Below, piece by piece: positions 26,816 through 39,385 of a stretch of DNA of 64,000 nt (positions are counted from its first letter, which is position 1; each line of letters starts with the position of its first letter). Below the pieces are notes generated by a model. The model was not told where the DNA came from, did not search any database, and saw nothing but the letters and a program-made list of their open reading frames with translations. The position numbers and the translations under genes are program-made. This DNA comes from Mobula birostris (taxonomy: Eukaryota): contig NC_092378.1 in assembly GCF_030028105.1 (NCBI RefSeq), positions 125,601,731-125,665,730 of the forward strand. The letters are read 5' to 3'.

Positions 26816-28299
26816 ACCAACAGCATGCAGATTAGTGCTCTTTTTGTTCAGTCAATTTATCTTGTCTGCCTGCCATCCTTTTTGTATGTGTCGTACTTTG
26901 TTGCTTTTTCTGCAACTTCGCCTTTGTTTCTGCCTGCATAAGTTTGGTATTTGTGAGCCCTAGTCACAACAGTAACACAATTTGGTCAGCCAGGCAAGTT
27001 CTGTTTAGACGTTGCAACTTTGTTCATGCTCACTTTCATTCCTGACTGCAACTCAATTGCATTTCTGGTTGTTGTTTCCATTGAAACAGCAATTTCAACT
27101 GCTCTTTTCAATGTGAGTTGCGCTTCTGTTAGGAGCCTTTTTTGAATGCTTTATTGTACGATTTCACAAACTAAATGATCTGTCAGTGCGTCATTAGCCC
27201 ATTACTGAACTGACAGTGCTCAAACAGTGTCTTCAGTTCTGTCACGTCAGCTGAAATGGACCCCCCTTCCTTTTGACTCTGCTAATGAAACCTAAAAAGT
27301 TCTACAATCCATGATGGTTTCTGTTTTAAATGTTCTCACATTATTTTCATGATATCAGCAAAGCTGATTTCGACTGGTTTGCTTGGAGCAGTTCAATGTT
27401 TAAGCAAATCGAATGCTTTTCCACCCACTGCACTCAGCAAAACTGGCACTTGCTTTTCATTGGCTATTTTATTTGCTTCAAATTACTGCTCCATTTGCTC
27501 AGTATACAATATCTAATTACTTTTGTGCAATCAAATGCATCTACCTATTTGATGTAGCCAACTATTTCTGTTCTTTTTTCAATATTTTGGATAGTTATCA
27601 CCTGATACTCACTGTTTACAAACCAGTGATTTCATCCATTTTCTGCCTTTTTAAAAAATTCTACTGTCTTTTCTCTTCCCCTTGCGAAGAAATGATGTGT
27701 TGTGCTTTCTTCACACTCAAACAACTTGCTGTGTTTCAACGAGCAGGTAGACTTCTTGGGTTTGTTTAAAACATCCACATTGCCATTGTTATGTTTACAA
27801 CTCCGAAACATAGAACTAATTGAAAGAAAACACAGAGTCAGGAGATGTGTGTGCTATGTTTTGTTTTTACTTTTAGCAGGGCACACATTTATGACATGGT
27901 GGTGTGATGACATATGCCATTCATATACTATTATATATAATCTGTAATGAATTATTTAAACAATAAAGAATGCTTAGTCAAACAATATATTTACAATACC
28001 ACTCAAATATTATTGAAATACTAAACACACAACAATTACCTTTTCAAGAAACTCTATAAGGTTCATCAAGCATGATTTTCCATGCACTCCTAATCAGTCT
28101 TGGTATAATCAGATGTTGGGGTAGATTCTATCCCTCAGAATTCCCTCCAGTCACTTCCCTACTACATGTCAGGCTGACTGGCTTGTCCTTGTTACCTCCC
28201 TTAAACAATGGAACAACATTAGCCACCCTTATAATGTGGCTAACAGTGAAGTACATAGCTCTGCAAGGGCCTGCATAATTTCCTCTCTGGCCTCCCAGA

Positions 28300-28760
28300 G
28301 GGATGTGAACGCACTGGAGAGAGTTCAGAGCAGGGCAACGAGACTCTTTCCAGGTCTACAGGGTAGGAGTTTTGAAGAAAGACTGAAAGAATGAAATCTT
28401 TTTTAGCCTAAGTAGACATAGAATGAGAGGAGACATGATAGAAGTGTTCAAAATCATTAAAGGTATCAGAAGGTGGATGCCAGCTGCTACCTCAAAATTA
28501 ATCCATCAATGAGGACACGGGGCCATAGGTGGAGACTGGTTAAAGGGAGGTTTCGGACTAACATCAGGAAGCATTTCTTTACACAACGAGTTGTGGACAC
28601 ATGGAACAACCTACCTAGTTGTGTAGTTGAGAGTAGTACCTTAGAGACTTTCAAATCTAAACTTGATAGTTATTTCAATGCACTATGTGAATAGGAATTT
28701 GGCGAGCTTTGTTGGATCGAATGGCTTGCTCTTGCCAAATACTTTTTAATGTTCTAATTT
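28300..28760 (+). mobile_element. CR1-clade 3' fragment (different subfamily)
   Basis: RTRGHRWRLVKGRFRTNIRKHFFTQRVVDTWNNLP; ends TAATGTTCTAAT. Confidence 0.85.
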
Positions 28761-29244
28761 CCACTTGTTTCCATCATATCTTGAGTAACTACAATTTGCT
28801 CCTGTAAACACCAAGGAGAAATATTTGTTAAAAATTTCATCCTTGCGCATTTCCTTGCTCACATCACTTCACTTCACTCTCCCTCATTACAAACTTCTCA
28901 AAAATGAAATTCTTGAATAAATTCCTGCTCACTTTTCCTATCCTCTTCCAGTTATCCAACTTTCTTATGGAATTAGAGACATGTGGTACTCAGTAAAGAG
29001 ATTTCAGCAGAAAAACAGTGTGACTGAAGTTAGGATTTAAATAAACAATGCAGGTTTAGGATTTAAAGTGTCTGACTAAGTAACACCATTGGAAATGTTT
29101 ATAAAAGGTTTTACTAAAATACTGAATTAAATCTAGTATTTGTGAAGAAATTAATGGAGCCAGAAATTCTTGTATCTTCATTAGCCACAGGTGAGATACC
29201 AGAAACATTGGGGATACAGATAATCCTTGGGGATAAGTATATAG

Positions 29245-29870
29245 TACCCTAAAAGTAGCGACCCAGTTGGACAAGATAGTGAAGAAGGCATGTGGGATAC
29301 TTGACTTTGTTGTTTGTGGCATTGAGCATAAGAGCGCCTCATCATGAAGCAGTTGCCCAAGATGAAGGTGAGATTGCATAAACTATTGAGTACAGTTCTG
29401 ATCATCACACTGTAGGAAGGATGTGATTAAACTAAAGAGCATTTAGGAAAGGTTTGCAAGTACTGGAGGGCTTGAATTATGAGGAAAGACAGGACAGGAT
29501 GTGATTGTTTACCTTGCAATGAAGGAGGCTGAAGTTTGACTTTGTTGAGGTTTACAAAATCATGAGGGGCATAGATAAGGTGGATTGTTGCTGCCTTTAT
29601 CCCAGGTAGGGAAGTCTGAAATGAGAGGGCATATGTTTAAGGTGAGAGGAGACTGATTTAAAGAGGATCTTCATGGCAAATTTTTCATATAGAGTGCAAT
29701 GGGACTATGCAGTGAACTTTGAGAGGAAGTGGCATGTGCAATAACTAATGTTTAGAGAAAATCACTTAGGCATGTGTCTGGAGAGGAAAAGTTTGGAGAG
29801 ATATGGGCTGGCAAATGGGACTCAGTTAGATAGGCGCCTTGGTCAGCATGAACAAGTTGGGCCAAAGGGC
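29245..29870 (+). mobile_element. Old CR1 3' fragment
   Basis: Degenerate homology to CR1 RT C-terminus and 3' UTR (GGTCAGCATGAACAAGTTGGGCCAAAGGGCC). Confidence 0.7.
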
Positions 29871-29885
29871 CAACTTATTTATTTA

Positions 29886-30140
29886 TTTAGAGATACAGCA
29901 CAGAACTGGCCTTCTGGCCCAATAAGTCCCACTGCCCAGCACCCCACCTATTTAACACTGGCATAATCACAGGACAGTTTACAATGACCAATTAACCCAC
30001 TAACCAGTATGTTTTTGGAGTGTGGGAGGAAACCAGAGCACCCGGAGGAACTCCACACGATTTACAGGGAGAAAGTGTAAACTCCTTGGAACTAGCTCCA
30101 GACTTGAACTCTAAACTCCGGAATGCACAGATCTGTAATA
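29886..30140 (-). mobile_element. V-domain SINE (HE1/HER1-like elasmobranch SINE)
   Basis: Reverse complement of the V-SINE core GGGTGCTC(C/T)GGTTTCCTCCCACA; homologous to 41768-42050. Confidence 0.8.
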
Positions 30141-30918
30141 GCTGTTTCTGTGCTGTATCTAACAGGTCATCTTGTTAACATTCAAATAAAGATAATGTAT
30201 AATTTTTATTCAGTATAGGTTTTCTTAATTTTGCACTATATCACTATGAATCTTTCTCTTACTCTGTTTTGGCAAGTAAATTGAAATATGTATCCTAATT
30301 TTGCTCTGTTAAAACCTTTTTTGTTGACATCACTTGACCTCTTAGTTTGGATGAAAATGTGAAATCAGGCCAAAGATTAAAATATGTACAATGTTGATAT
30401 ATTGAACATTTACTTTTTGCAAATAATTGGATGCAGAAATGATATAGATTTTAAGTATAAATAACTTAATTTGAGAGTTGACATCTTCATTATTGAAAAT
30501 TTTGATGAGGTAAGTGCATACATTCAATTTATCTTTACAGCATTAAGACTAACTAAACTAAAGATCAAGGAAGTTTGTTCATTATGAAACTAACAAAATA
30601 GATATTCAGTGTTGAGTGTGTAAAAGTAAATCTGACTATTCAAATTTACTGACAACAAAGGGTGAATTTATTTGCTATTATTATGGATTCACTAAAAGGA
30701 CAGCCAACAATTGATAAGATTGGAAATTCTTTGTTAGCATTAATGCAGATAATCATCCTTGCTTAAATAAAGAGTGTACTTAACCTCAGATTACAAACAA
30801 TGTTGTTTATCCTTTTATGCTATTTCTAATGTTTCATTTCTCTCTCTCTGACCATGTGTATTTTGATTGTCTGACTTTTAAAAAAAATTTGCTTCTCACT
30901 TTACCATTTATTCACAAG

Positions 30919-31082
30919 TGGATTGCAGAAATTGAAAGACTAAAAGATGATTTAACCTCATTAAAGACAAAACCAACTCAGGAGAAGGAAAATGACACAC
31001 CTAGGAGGAACAAGCTATTTATTAAGGAAACTGAAGAGGACAACATAGACATTAACAGATGGGGCATCTATCAAGCTAGCAG
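30919..31082 (+). CDS. CCDC154: CCDC154-like penultimate coding exon (WIAEIERLKDDL...KLFIKETEEDNIDINRWGIYQAS-R)
   Basis: cacAAG acceptor and CAG|GTatga donor; 164 bp; phase 0 to 2. The FIK..NxWG(I/V)YQA motif matches my recollection of the CCDC154 C-terminus. Confidence 0.85.
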
Positions 31083-31936
31083 GTATGAAGGGGGAACACA
31101 AGAATAACAAAAGAAGTACGTGTTAATCTGACTTCTGTCAGACTTATTTATAGATTTATCCTAACATTTTCTATCATTTTACTACTATTCGTATATTAGA
31201 ACATTGTGCAATAACTGGTTTGCCATGGTTTTAGTTTTGGTGGCAAGAGAGCCGACTTGTTTGTTTTTCAGGCTGGGTGATATGTAAAGTTCAAAGTTCT
31301 TAGTGCAGGAAATACGGTACATTTTTAGACACTTTTTAATGTAGCATTTATTAGAAAACTGTTGTAGAAGTGGAGTGTATGTATTAATTGGATATAACAA
31401 ATTTAATTTGTTTTGCTAAACTGGAAGTAAATTGATTCTACATCATGCTGATTTCTTTAAGTTTTATATTTCTCTTTATAAACTTGTTTTATCTATTGAT
31501 AATTGACAACTATGATAAATCTAATGGTCAGTTCACTTCTTTTGCTCTTTATTGCAGTGCTCTCCCACGGCATTGGTATTGTCTTTTTGGTATTTGCTTT
31601 TATGTAATGTAAAAACAATTATAAAACTTTATGTCTTTTGCCAATGGCTTGCTGAACTACTCAAATTATAATCAGTTCTTCAAAAAAATCTATCCATAAT
31701 CCAAGTAAGTTACAATTGTCCACATTCAGTAACTTACTTGTGTTCATTTTTGGGATGGTGAAAGGCCGTCAGTTATTCTCCATTCCTAAGCCCTTTTGAG
31801 AAGGTGGTGGCATGTTGTCTTCTTGAACTGCTCCATTATTCTGTTGAAACCCTCACATTGTGGTTGGGTGTTCCAGAATTTACACTGAGTGACAATGTAG
31901 GACAGGTGATACACAGTATTGCCAAGTCAAAATCCT

Positions 31937-32086
31937 TTCTTTTTCAATCTTTTTATTAATTTCAAAATATAGAAACAAAACATAGCAATAATACAGATAA
32001 TATGAGATGTATTGTTACATTTAAAAAAAGAGTAATTGCAAAACCAAATAGTGGAAATTACCAAAACTCCCATACATGTAGAACTG
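31937..32086 (-). mobile_element. 150-bp retroposed 3' tail (L1/Tx1-like) inside an older decayed LINE (~31750-33240)
   Basis: 16-bp TSD GCCAAGTCAAAATCCT (31921-31936 / 32087-32102); minus-strand AATAAA and A-rich end. Confidence 0.7.
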
Positions 32087-33389
32087 GCCAAGTCAAAATC
32101 CTGGTGCACCCATGTAACTGACCTTCTTAGTGATTGAGTTCAAGGTTTGGGGTGATACCTCTGGAATAGCCTAGCAAATAACTGCATCGCACGTTTGTAG
32201 GTGGAATGCACTATATTTATTGGAGATGGTTATTATCTGGGACGTTAATGTAAATTTTACCAATCCATACCTGGATGCGTTGGCTAGGTCTTTCTACTTT
32301 TGAGTATGGATTATTCATTGTGCACCAGTGGTACAGGGAGTTAATATTTTGAGTGGTTAATAGAGTACCCATCAAATGTTCACTCTGATGTTGAGCTGCT
32401 TTAGAGTTGTTGGTGCTGCAAGGAAATGGAAATTTTTCCAACATGTTCCTGAATTTTGGCTGGTAGAAGCTTTGTGATGTCTGGAGGCAAATCACTTACT
32501 GCAAGATACCCAACTTCTGACCTGCAGTGATGGTTATACTATACTTCTGACTGATCAGTGATCCTAGATATTAATGGTAGGAGGTACTGAATCTAAGGGA
32601 TGGGTGGCGAGACTTTTTTACTTGCAGTTAGCAATCCATACCTGGGTGCTGTTGAGATCTATCTGCTTATGAGCATGGATTGCTTCAGTTACTGAGAAAT
32701 CATCAGTAATTATTTCAGTTTTGACCTTATGATGGAAGGTCATTGATGAAAAGCTGAAGATTGGTTGGAGCAAGCATATTGTTGTATGGAAGAGCTACAA
32801 CAATGTCCTGAACCAGGCATAATTGACCTCCAACAACTGCACTTCTTTCTGTGTGTGAAATATGATTTTCCTTCAATGCCCATTGATTTCAGCTTTATCA
32901 GAGTGTCACGATACCAGGTTCATTCAAGCACTGTCCTCACTTCAGGAATTCAGCTTTTGTCCTATATTTGGACCAAAGCTGTGAAAGAGGTATGGAACTG
33001 AGTGGTCCTGTCTAATCCCAAAATGGGCACCTGTGAGTAGATTACTGGTGACTAATTGCTCCTTGCAGCACTATCAAACATTCTGTGATTGATAATTGAC
33101 AGATTGCGAGATATTTAACCAAGCTGGATTTGTCTTGTATTTAGTGAGCATTAACTACCTTGACATTTGTCCACACTGTTGGCTACATGCAGTATTGTAA
33201 CTACTAAATCAGCTATTTAGAGGCATAGTTTGTTCTGGAGCAAGGCTTTTTAAAGTCAAAATCAAATTTATTGTCCTCTGTAGAAGTACACCATAAGTAG
33301 AGGTGTGATGAAAAATTTACTTGCAGCAGTTTCACATGCATGTAACATCATATAAGCAGGCCTTAGCAAGAAAAACATTTAAAAATAAA

Positions 33390-34395
33390 TTACTCCAAAT
33401 GTGGTCTGACCAATGTTTCATAAAGCCTTAGCATTACATCCCTGCTTTCATATTCTAGTCTTCTCAAAATGAATGTTAACATTGCATTTGTCTTCCTATT
33501 GCAGACTCAAACTGTAAGTTAACCTTTCAGGAATCCTGCACTAGCACTACAGCTCCCTTTTCTCCCTGTTTAGAAAATAGTCAACACCTTTATTCCTTCT
33601 ACCAAAGTGCATGACCATATACTCCTTTACCCTGCATTCCATCCGTCACTTCTTTGCCCGTTCTCCTAATCTGTCCAAGTGTTTCCGCAAACTTCCTGCT
33701 TCTCAACTCTCCCTGCCTCTCCACCTATATTTGTATCATCCTCAAACTTGACCACAAAGCCATCAATTCCATCATCCAGATCATTAACATATAACGTGAA
33801 AAGTAGCAGACCCAACACTGACAACTGTGAAACACAACTAATCACCAGCTGCCAAACAGAAAAGACCCCCTTTATTCCCATTCTTTGCCTTGTCAGTCAG
33901 TACCTTGTCAAAGACCTTCTGAAAATCCAACCACCACTGACTCACCTGTTACTCCCTCCCTTCTTAAAGAGTGGAGTGGCAATTGCATTTTTCCAGTCCT
34001 CCAGAACCCATTCCGGAATCTAGTGATTCTTGATGGATCATGACTAACGCTGCCACAGTCTCTTCAACTACCTCATTCAGAACCCTGGGTGTAGTCCATC
34101 TGATCCAGGAGATTCATCTATCTTCAGACCTGTCAACTTTCCAAGCACTTCCTCCTTAGTAATAATGATTACACTCTCTTCTGCTCCCTGGCTGTCTTGA
34201 ATTTCTGGCATGCTATTGGTGCCTTTCACAGTGATGACTGATGCAAAATACTTATTCAGTTCATCTGTCATTTCTTTGTCTCCCATCACAACCTCTCTAG
34301 CATCATTTTTCAGTGGTCTAATGCCCACTCTTTCCTTTCTTTTACTCTTAGTATATCTGAAAAAAAAAGCCTTTTGGTATCCTCTTTTGTATCAA
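33390..34395 (-). mobile_element. Internally deleted CR1 ORF2 fragment
   Basis: LLFTLYVNDLDDGIDGFVVKFEDDT; ELNKYFASV..ESPGSDGLHP. Confidence 0.88.
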
Positions 34396-34866
34396 ATGTC
34401 TAGTTTCTTGCTGCCAACAAAGTTAAATCTATGCTGGCTAGGACATCAAGTGTTACTTAATAGCTTTCAGTGTACCTGACTGTTCTGAGAGGATCATTGC
34501 TAAAACAGACTTAATGGAGCTAAAAGTTTTCATTTAATGCAAATGCAGAGTGACTAAAACATTTTCAAACAATTATTCGGAAATAACGAAACTAGGTAAG
34601 GTGGTGACAATAGTTTTTTTATGCATTACTGTTATTTAAATAGCTTTAATTTTATTGAAGCTTCCCCTGAAGAGGCTGTGGAGGCATTAGTTGTGATATT
34701 TCTGCAGTATCTTGTTTTCCTGATAGTACAACTAAGTAATGACATGTTATTCATTGTAATTAAACACATTTATATATGGTGCAAAGTATATGCTGTAATT
34801 AAATCAGTAATTATCATATTACATAAACAATATTACTAATATATACTGTTCATTAATGATTTTTAG

Positions 34867-34933
34867 GTGGATGTCATGGAAGCAAAAATTGAAAAAGCTG
34901 GCAAAACCAAATTCAAAAGTAAAGGATGACTAA
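34867..34933 (+). CDS. CCDC154: CCDC154-like terminal coding exon (WMSWKQKLKKLAKPNSKVKDD*)
   Basis: tttttAG acceptor; phase 2; splicing gives WGIYQASRWMSWK, the conserved W-x-x-W-K C-terminal motif; TAA at 34931-34933. Confidence 0.88.
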
Positions 34934-35214
34934 AATGTTAATCCTACATGATTTCAAGTAAAGAAACAGTATGAAAGAGCAAAACCTGTTATGAGAACCA
35001 TTAATTCTTCTTCCTCACATATTAGAGGTGATGGGCAGTGTGTTATCATGAACTAGTGACCAAATAATATCAAATACTAGTAGCTGTTTTTATAAAAGTG
35101 CAGCTGTTACAAAGTTCAATGATGTTATTTGCTTATTTTGATTAGGTTTTGATATCAAAGGGGCACAGAAATTTGTAGCAAAAACTACGCTCTTTGCCTT
35201 CTTTTTTAATAGTT

Positions 35215-35450
35215 CTGTGAGACAGACCCTGGTTTTGACTGTTCTGAAGTGACTAATGAGGCCAGTGTGGGAACTGTAAGCTCCTCCACAGATGGGGCAG
35301 GAGAGCACTACTGGGGGCTGGTGAATAATTTGGGAGGTAATTACGTGTACTCCTGACATTTGTGGTGAACTTCTAGGTGCTTCCAATGTGTGGACTTGAA
35401 GTTCTTGGTACCAAACAGAATGTTCCTTTCCATTTTGTAAGGTTACAGGT
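35215..35450 (-). mobile_element. RTE-like LINE 3' end fragment
   Basis: C2H2-like CPICGGAYSSHTGLISHFRT, typical of the C-terminus of some RTE-clade ORFs. Confidence 0.55.
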
Positions 35451-35729
35451 ATTAGTATAACTTGTTATGTTTTATTCAAACAAAACATTGACATCCTAGA
35501 AAGACTAAGCTGTTATCCTGAATATCTTTTTCCATCTGGAGATATCAGAAAGTTATTGATAGATGTATAAGTCAACTTAATGGAATGAAATTATTAAATA
35601 ATTCTTACTTACTTGCAGTAATTGCAGATCAGGTGGAGATCAGGTTTGGAAGTGTTTAGCTTAAGGTTAGATATTTAATAATCACAGGCCAAATAGAATA
35701 AATAGTTGCATGTTTATATGAAACCACAT

Positions 35730-35926
35730 CACTTGTACTGTTGTTCCTTTTCGCACGTTGGGTGGCACTTTTTTTTTGCCATTTCCTTAGCATTTGTCTG
35801 CTTTTTACAAGGCCAAGTTGCTAGCTTGACCTTCAACTCAGCATGGATGGAAAGCCAGCCAGATTCAAACCTGGAACCATTTGCCTCGAAGTCTGGTACT
35901 GATACCACTACACCACCAGCCAGCAA
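35730..35926 (-). mobile_element. tRNA-derived SINE (older copy of the 43072-43346 family)
   Basis: TGGTGTAGTGG A box and GGTTTGAATCT B box; body GCTTTCCATCCATGCTGAGTTGA shared with the 43072 copy. Confidence 0.75.
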
Positions 35927-37141
35927 ACATTAATTGTATAGGAGATAAATCATGCGAAAACTGAATTCCATCATTATAGAAGATTACAAAAGTCAGAGTA
36001 CCAGGATTACAAAGTTCGAGACCATAATTTAAGGGGTTGAATTAATTCAAATACTGTACACAAACTAATATGTTATAAATTACACCATTCTGGTGAAATT
36101 ATAGTATATGTTCAGTAATGCCCATCTGAAATGTACAGAACTGTCAAATAGTGAAATCAATCCGCATGTAACTTTGACTTGACCGTAGCACTGAAGCTTT
36201 GGATTTGTGCCCACTTTTAACTGAACACATTTCACAAGGAGGATTTTCCCTTCCCTGATTGTGTTGTTTAAAGGGATTGCAGATTAGTTGCCAAATGATC
36301 TCTGGTGGCTTCTGATGCCATTGTAAAGGAGTCTGGTGCTCTTTAGAAGTTATTTAAGTCTAAATGGCATGGTGAGGCAGGTGTGGATTTCAAGGCCTCT
36401 GTGGAAACCAGTTTCACCCTGTATTAATAGGCATTCCCTTTAGGGTGCAAACACCTTACTAATTCTTGCAGATAAGGTAAATGTGGAGAACTCCTACTCC
36501 AGGAATGTGAGAGCAAAACAACCAATACCATTTTTACAAAGAATAGTTTACTGAGTAAAATAGTGACATTGAAAAGCTTGAGAACAATCAGATATGTTCT
36601 TATGATAGTTTTACATAAAGATCTGCTGTTTTTTTCAGGCCTGAATTTCCCTTTCCCTGATCTCAAACACAATCAGGTGTCAGCTATAGCGGATCTCTGA
36701 TAACCCGCAACAACAATCAATCAAGCCAGCCAGACAATCAGACTGACGACTTTCCAGAGGCAGTAAACTCTAAGGTTTAACCTTTTAAATGTGAGCATAT
36801 ACAAAAGATCAGAACATTGACATGAGATTAAGATGGAAGGTGAAGTTTTACTAACAACATTTCGTCCTTGCAAAAGGATTGTAATTTTAAAATATTTTAC
36901 TGAGCAACGTAACACCCACGGGCTTTTTCTCTGAGAGGGTCTTAAGGGTCTCTGCAGCATTGAGGTTCTACACCTGGACTGACCAAATGTGCTTTGATAA
37001 ATGCAAAGGTAGAACACAGCCTTGATTCATATTAAAGCTAATATAGATCTTAATAAAATTTAATTAATTCTGACATTGAGAAATTTACAAAATGGTAATA
37101 TTGGAATAGGATTAATACAACCTTATGAAATACTTTTAATT

Positions 37142-37820
37142 GCAAACAAGTGAAAATCTGCAGATGTTGGAAATCCAAGCAACTCACACAAAATGCTGGA
37201 GGGACTCAGAAGGCTGGGCAGCAGCTATGGAAAAAAGTATATTCAAGGTTTTGGGCCAGGACCCTTCGACAGGATTGGAAAAAAAAGATGAGGAGTGCAT
37301 TTAAAAGGTGGGGGGGGAAGGTGAGTGAAACCCGGAGGGGAGGGATAAATTAAAGTGCTGGGAAGTTGATTCGTGAAAGAGATACAGGGCTGGATAAGGG
37401 GGACTCTGATAGCAGAGGACAGAAGGCATTGGAAGAAAGAAAAGGGGGGAGGAGCACCAGGGGGAAGCGATGGGCAGGTAAGAAGGTAAGGTGAGAGAGA
37501 TAAAAGGCGATAGGGTATGGTGAAGGGTGGACATTACTGGAAGTTCAAGAAGTCAATTTTCATGCTATCAGATTGGTGGCTACTTCAGTCCTGTATCTCT
37601 TTCAACAATCAACTTCCCAGCTCTTTATTTCCTCCCTCCCCCTCCTGGTTTCACCTATCACCTTGTGTTTCTCTCTCCGTCCCCCACCTTTTAAATCTGC
37701 TTCTCATCTTTTTGTTCTCCAGTTCTGCCAAAGGTTCTCGGCCTAAAACGTCGACTGTACTTTTTACCCATAGATGCTGCCTGGCCTGCTGAGTTCTGCT
37801 AGCATTTTGTGTGTGTTGCT
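37142..37820. mobile_element. Inverted (head-to-head) pair of Penelope-like 3' ends within one TSD
   Basis: Minus copy ~37142-37580 and plus copy ~37580-37820; flanking duplication TGAAATACTT(C)TTAATT at 37126-37141 and 37821-37837. Confidence 0.8.
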
Positions 37821-39044
37821 TGAAATACTTCTTAATTAAAGCAAAACAATTAAAAAAATAAACTTGGCTCCTATATTCAGGTCCAAACTTAACCACATAA
37901 ATCAGTAAGTTTTAGATCCAATATTTAGTCTAACATTTCTTGAAGGCTCAGAGGCAATTCTCCTGTGTATTGGTGGTGGGTTCATTAAATTCCAGATTTG
38001 TATGTACATTTTGGTTCAGCACATAGTTTTATTTGAATGATTAAATACACCATTTACAATCAGAAGATTTGGAGAAGGTTGTATCAGTGTACTTTGTGGA
38101 GGAATACAAAAGAATCTGGTATCATGTTTAGTTATGAATGTTCACCTTCAAGAAGTTCCTGCCATATTTCCTCCATTACAATGGTGAATGGTTTTGAGAG
38201 AATCCTTACCACAAATTCCAAGCCAAAGTGTTGTACTCTCCGTTTTAACTGTTCTTAGAATTGAACCCCTCTTTGTCTGTAATACTATACTTTTCATGCC
38301 TTTGAGCAAATTTTGTGGCTAACATCATAATTAACATTGAAAATGATCTTATTAACTTCAGCAATAAGTTAAAATATATTTAGAGTAATCACAGGGCAGT
38401 TATCCTTGCAGTATAAGTTTAAGATATAGCCAACAAAGTCAAATCCCTGTGGGGACGTTTAGCAGATTTTCAGTATTATCTGAGTCATAAGTCATGGCCA
38501 ACATCACATCATATGTTCCAAGGTCTATTAGTGTTTGTCTGTAAGTATGGCAGGTGGCAAAAAGGATAAAGGAAACCACAGGATATCTCACTTTGCATGA
38601 AATATTGTATGATGAGTAGTAAACCACTTTGTTCCTAGTAACCTAAATGGTTATCAGGCATGAATTTGCTTTGCTACTGTTTTTTTATGACCCTGTAATA
38701 TGGCATAATGGAGTCTTGTTGAATAACAGAAAATAAAAATCAATCAATAGTCTTGCTCTTTTGTACTTGTTGTACCATCCCAACCCGATAAAGTAAATCC
38801 AATCACACTTTGAAATTTGACCAGAACAGGCTTAACTTGAGTTTGAATCATTACCTAAAACAGTGTATGTATTAGAAGCTATTCATTGCATTTGGAAGTT
38901 TGAAAGAAAGAGGGAAATAAATTATTCTAAAAAATTATATTGAAAATATATTGTATTATTCACAAAAGGCACACAACCTTTTGTTAGACTTTTAAAATAC
39001 ATTTTACAAAGACAAAAAACAGGAAATGTTCTCATTGTTCAAAA

Positions 39045-39385
39045 GTAAAATGTTTAAAGTACATTTATTATCAAAAGTATGTATACTATATACAACCTTG
39101 AGATTCATCTCCTTACAGACAGCCACAAAGCAAAGAAACCCAACAGAACCCATTAAAGTTTGTACCTTGCTCTTGGGCCTGGGCCCTGCTACTTCAATTT
39201 GGCCCATACCCAACCATTCCACTTCGGCCCAGTGCTCTGCCTCGATTTGGCCTGCACCCAACCTTTCCAATTTGGCCTGGCGCTCAAATAGATAAAGCCT
39301 TGGGTCCATCCTTGCTCTCAGGCTCGGCCTCTGCCTCACCTCGGTTCTGCACATTGAAAGGCCTCCAAGTCCGCTCCAGCAGTGA
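39045..39385 (-). mobile_element. Non-autonomous repeat with a Rex-type tail
   Basis: AAAGTACATTTATTATCAAAAGTATG is the reverse complement of the tail at 300-343 and 13270-13335; similar copies at ~13645-13770, ~55390-55540 and ~57015-57190. Confidence 0.55.

Larger units (their letters stand above)
22083..28034 (-). mobile_element. Decayed Gypsy (Ty3/Metaviridae) LTR retrotransposon
   Basis: Homologous TG...CA LTRs at 22083-22318 and 27787-28034; polypurine tract GGGAGGAG (22319-22326); PBS-like TGGCAATGTGGATG next to the 5' LTR; protease ELDTGSAVS; RT ICGDFKVTIN and YLDDII; RNase H LITDHQSL; integrase WWPGID..C..Q and WQRIHVD; flanks GTTAC / ATTAC. Confidence 0.93.

Noticed and set aside
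30437-30509. Extra CCDC154 exon ending in GAG|GTAAGT
   Set aside because: Stop codons in the frames tested from the nearby acceptors.
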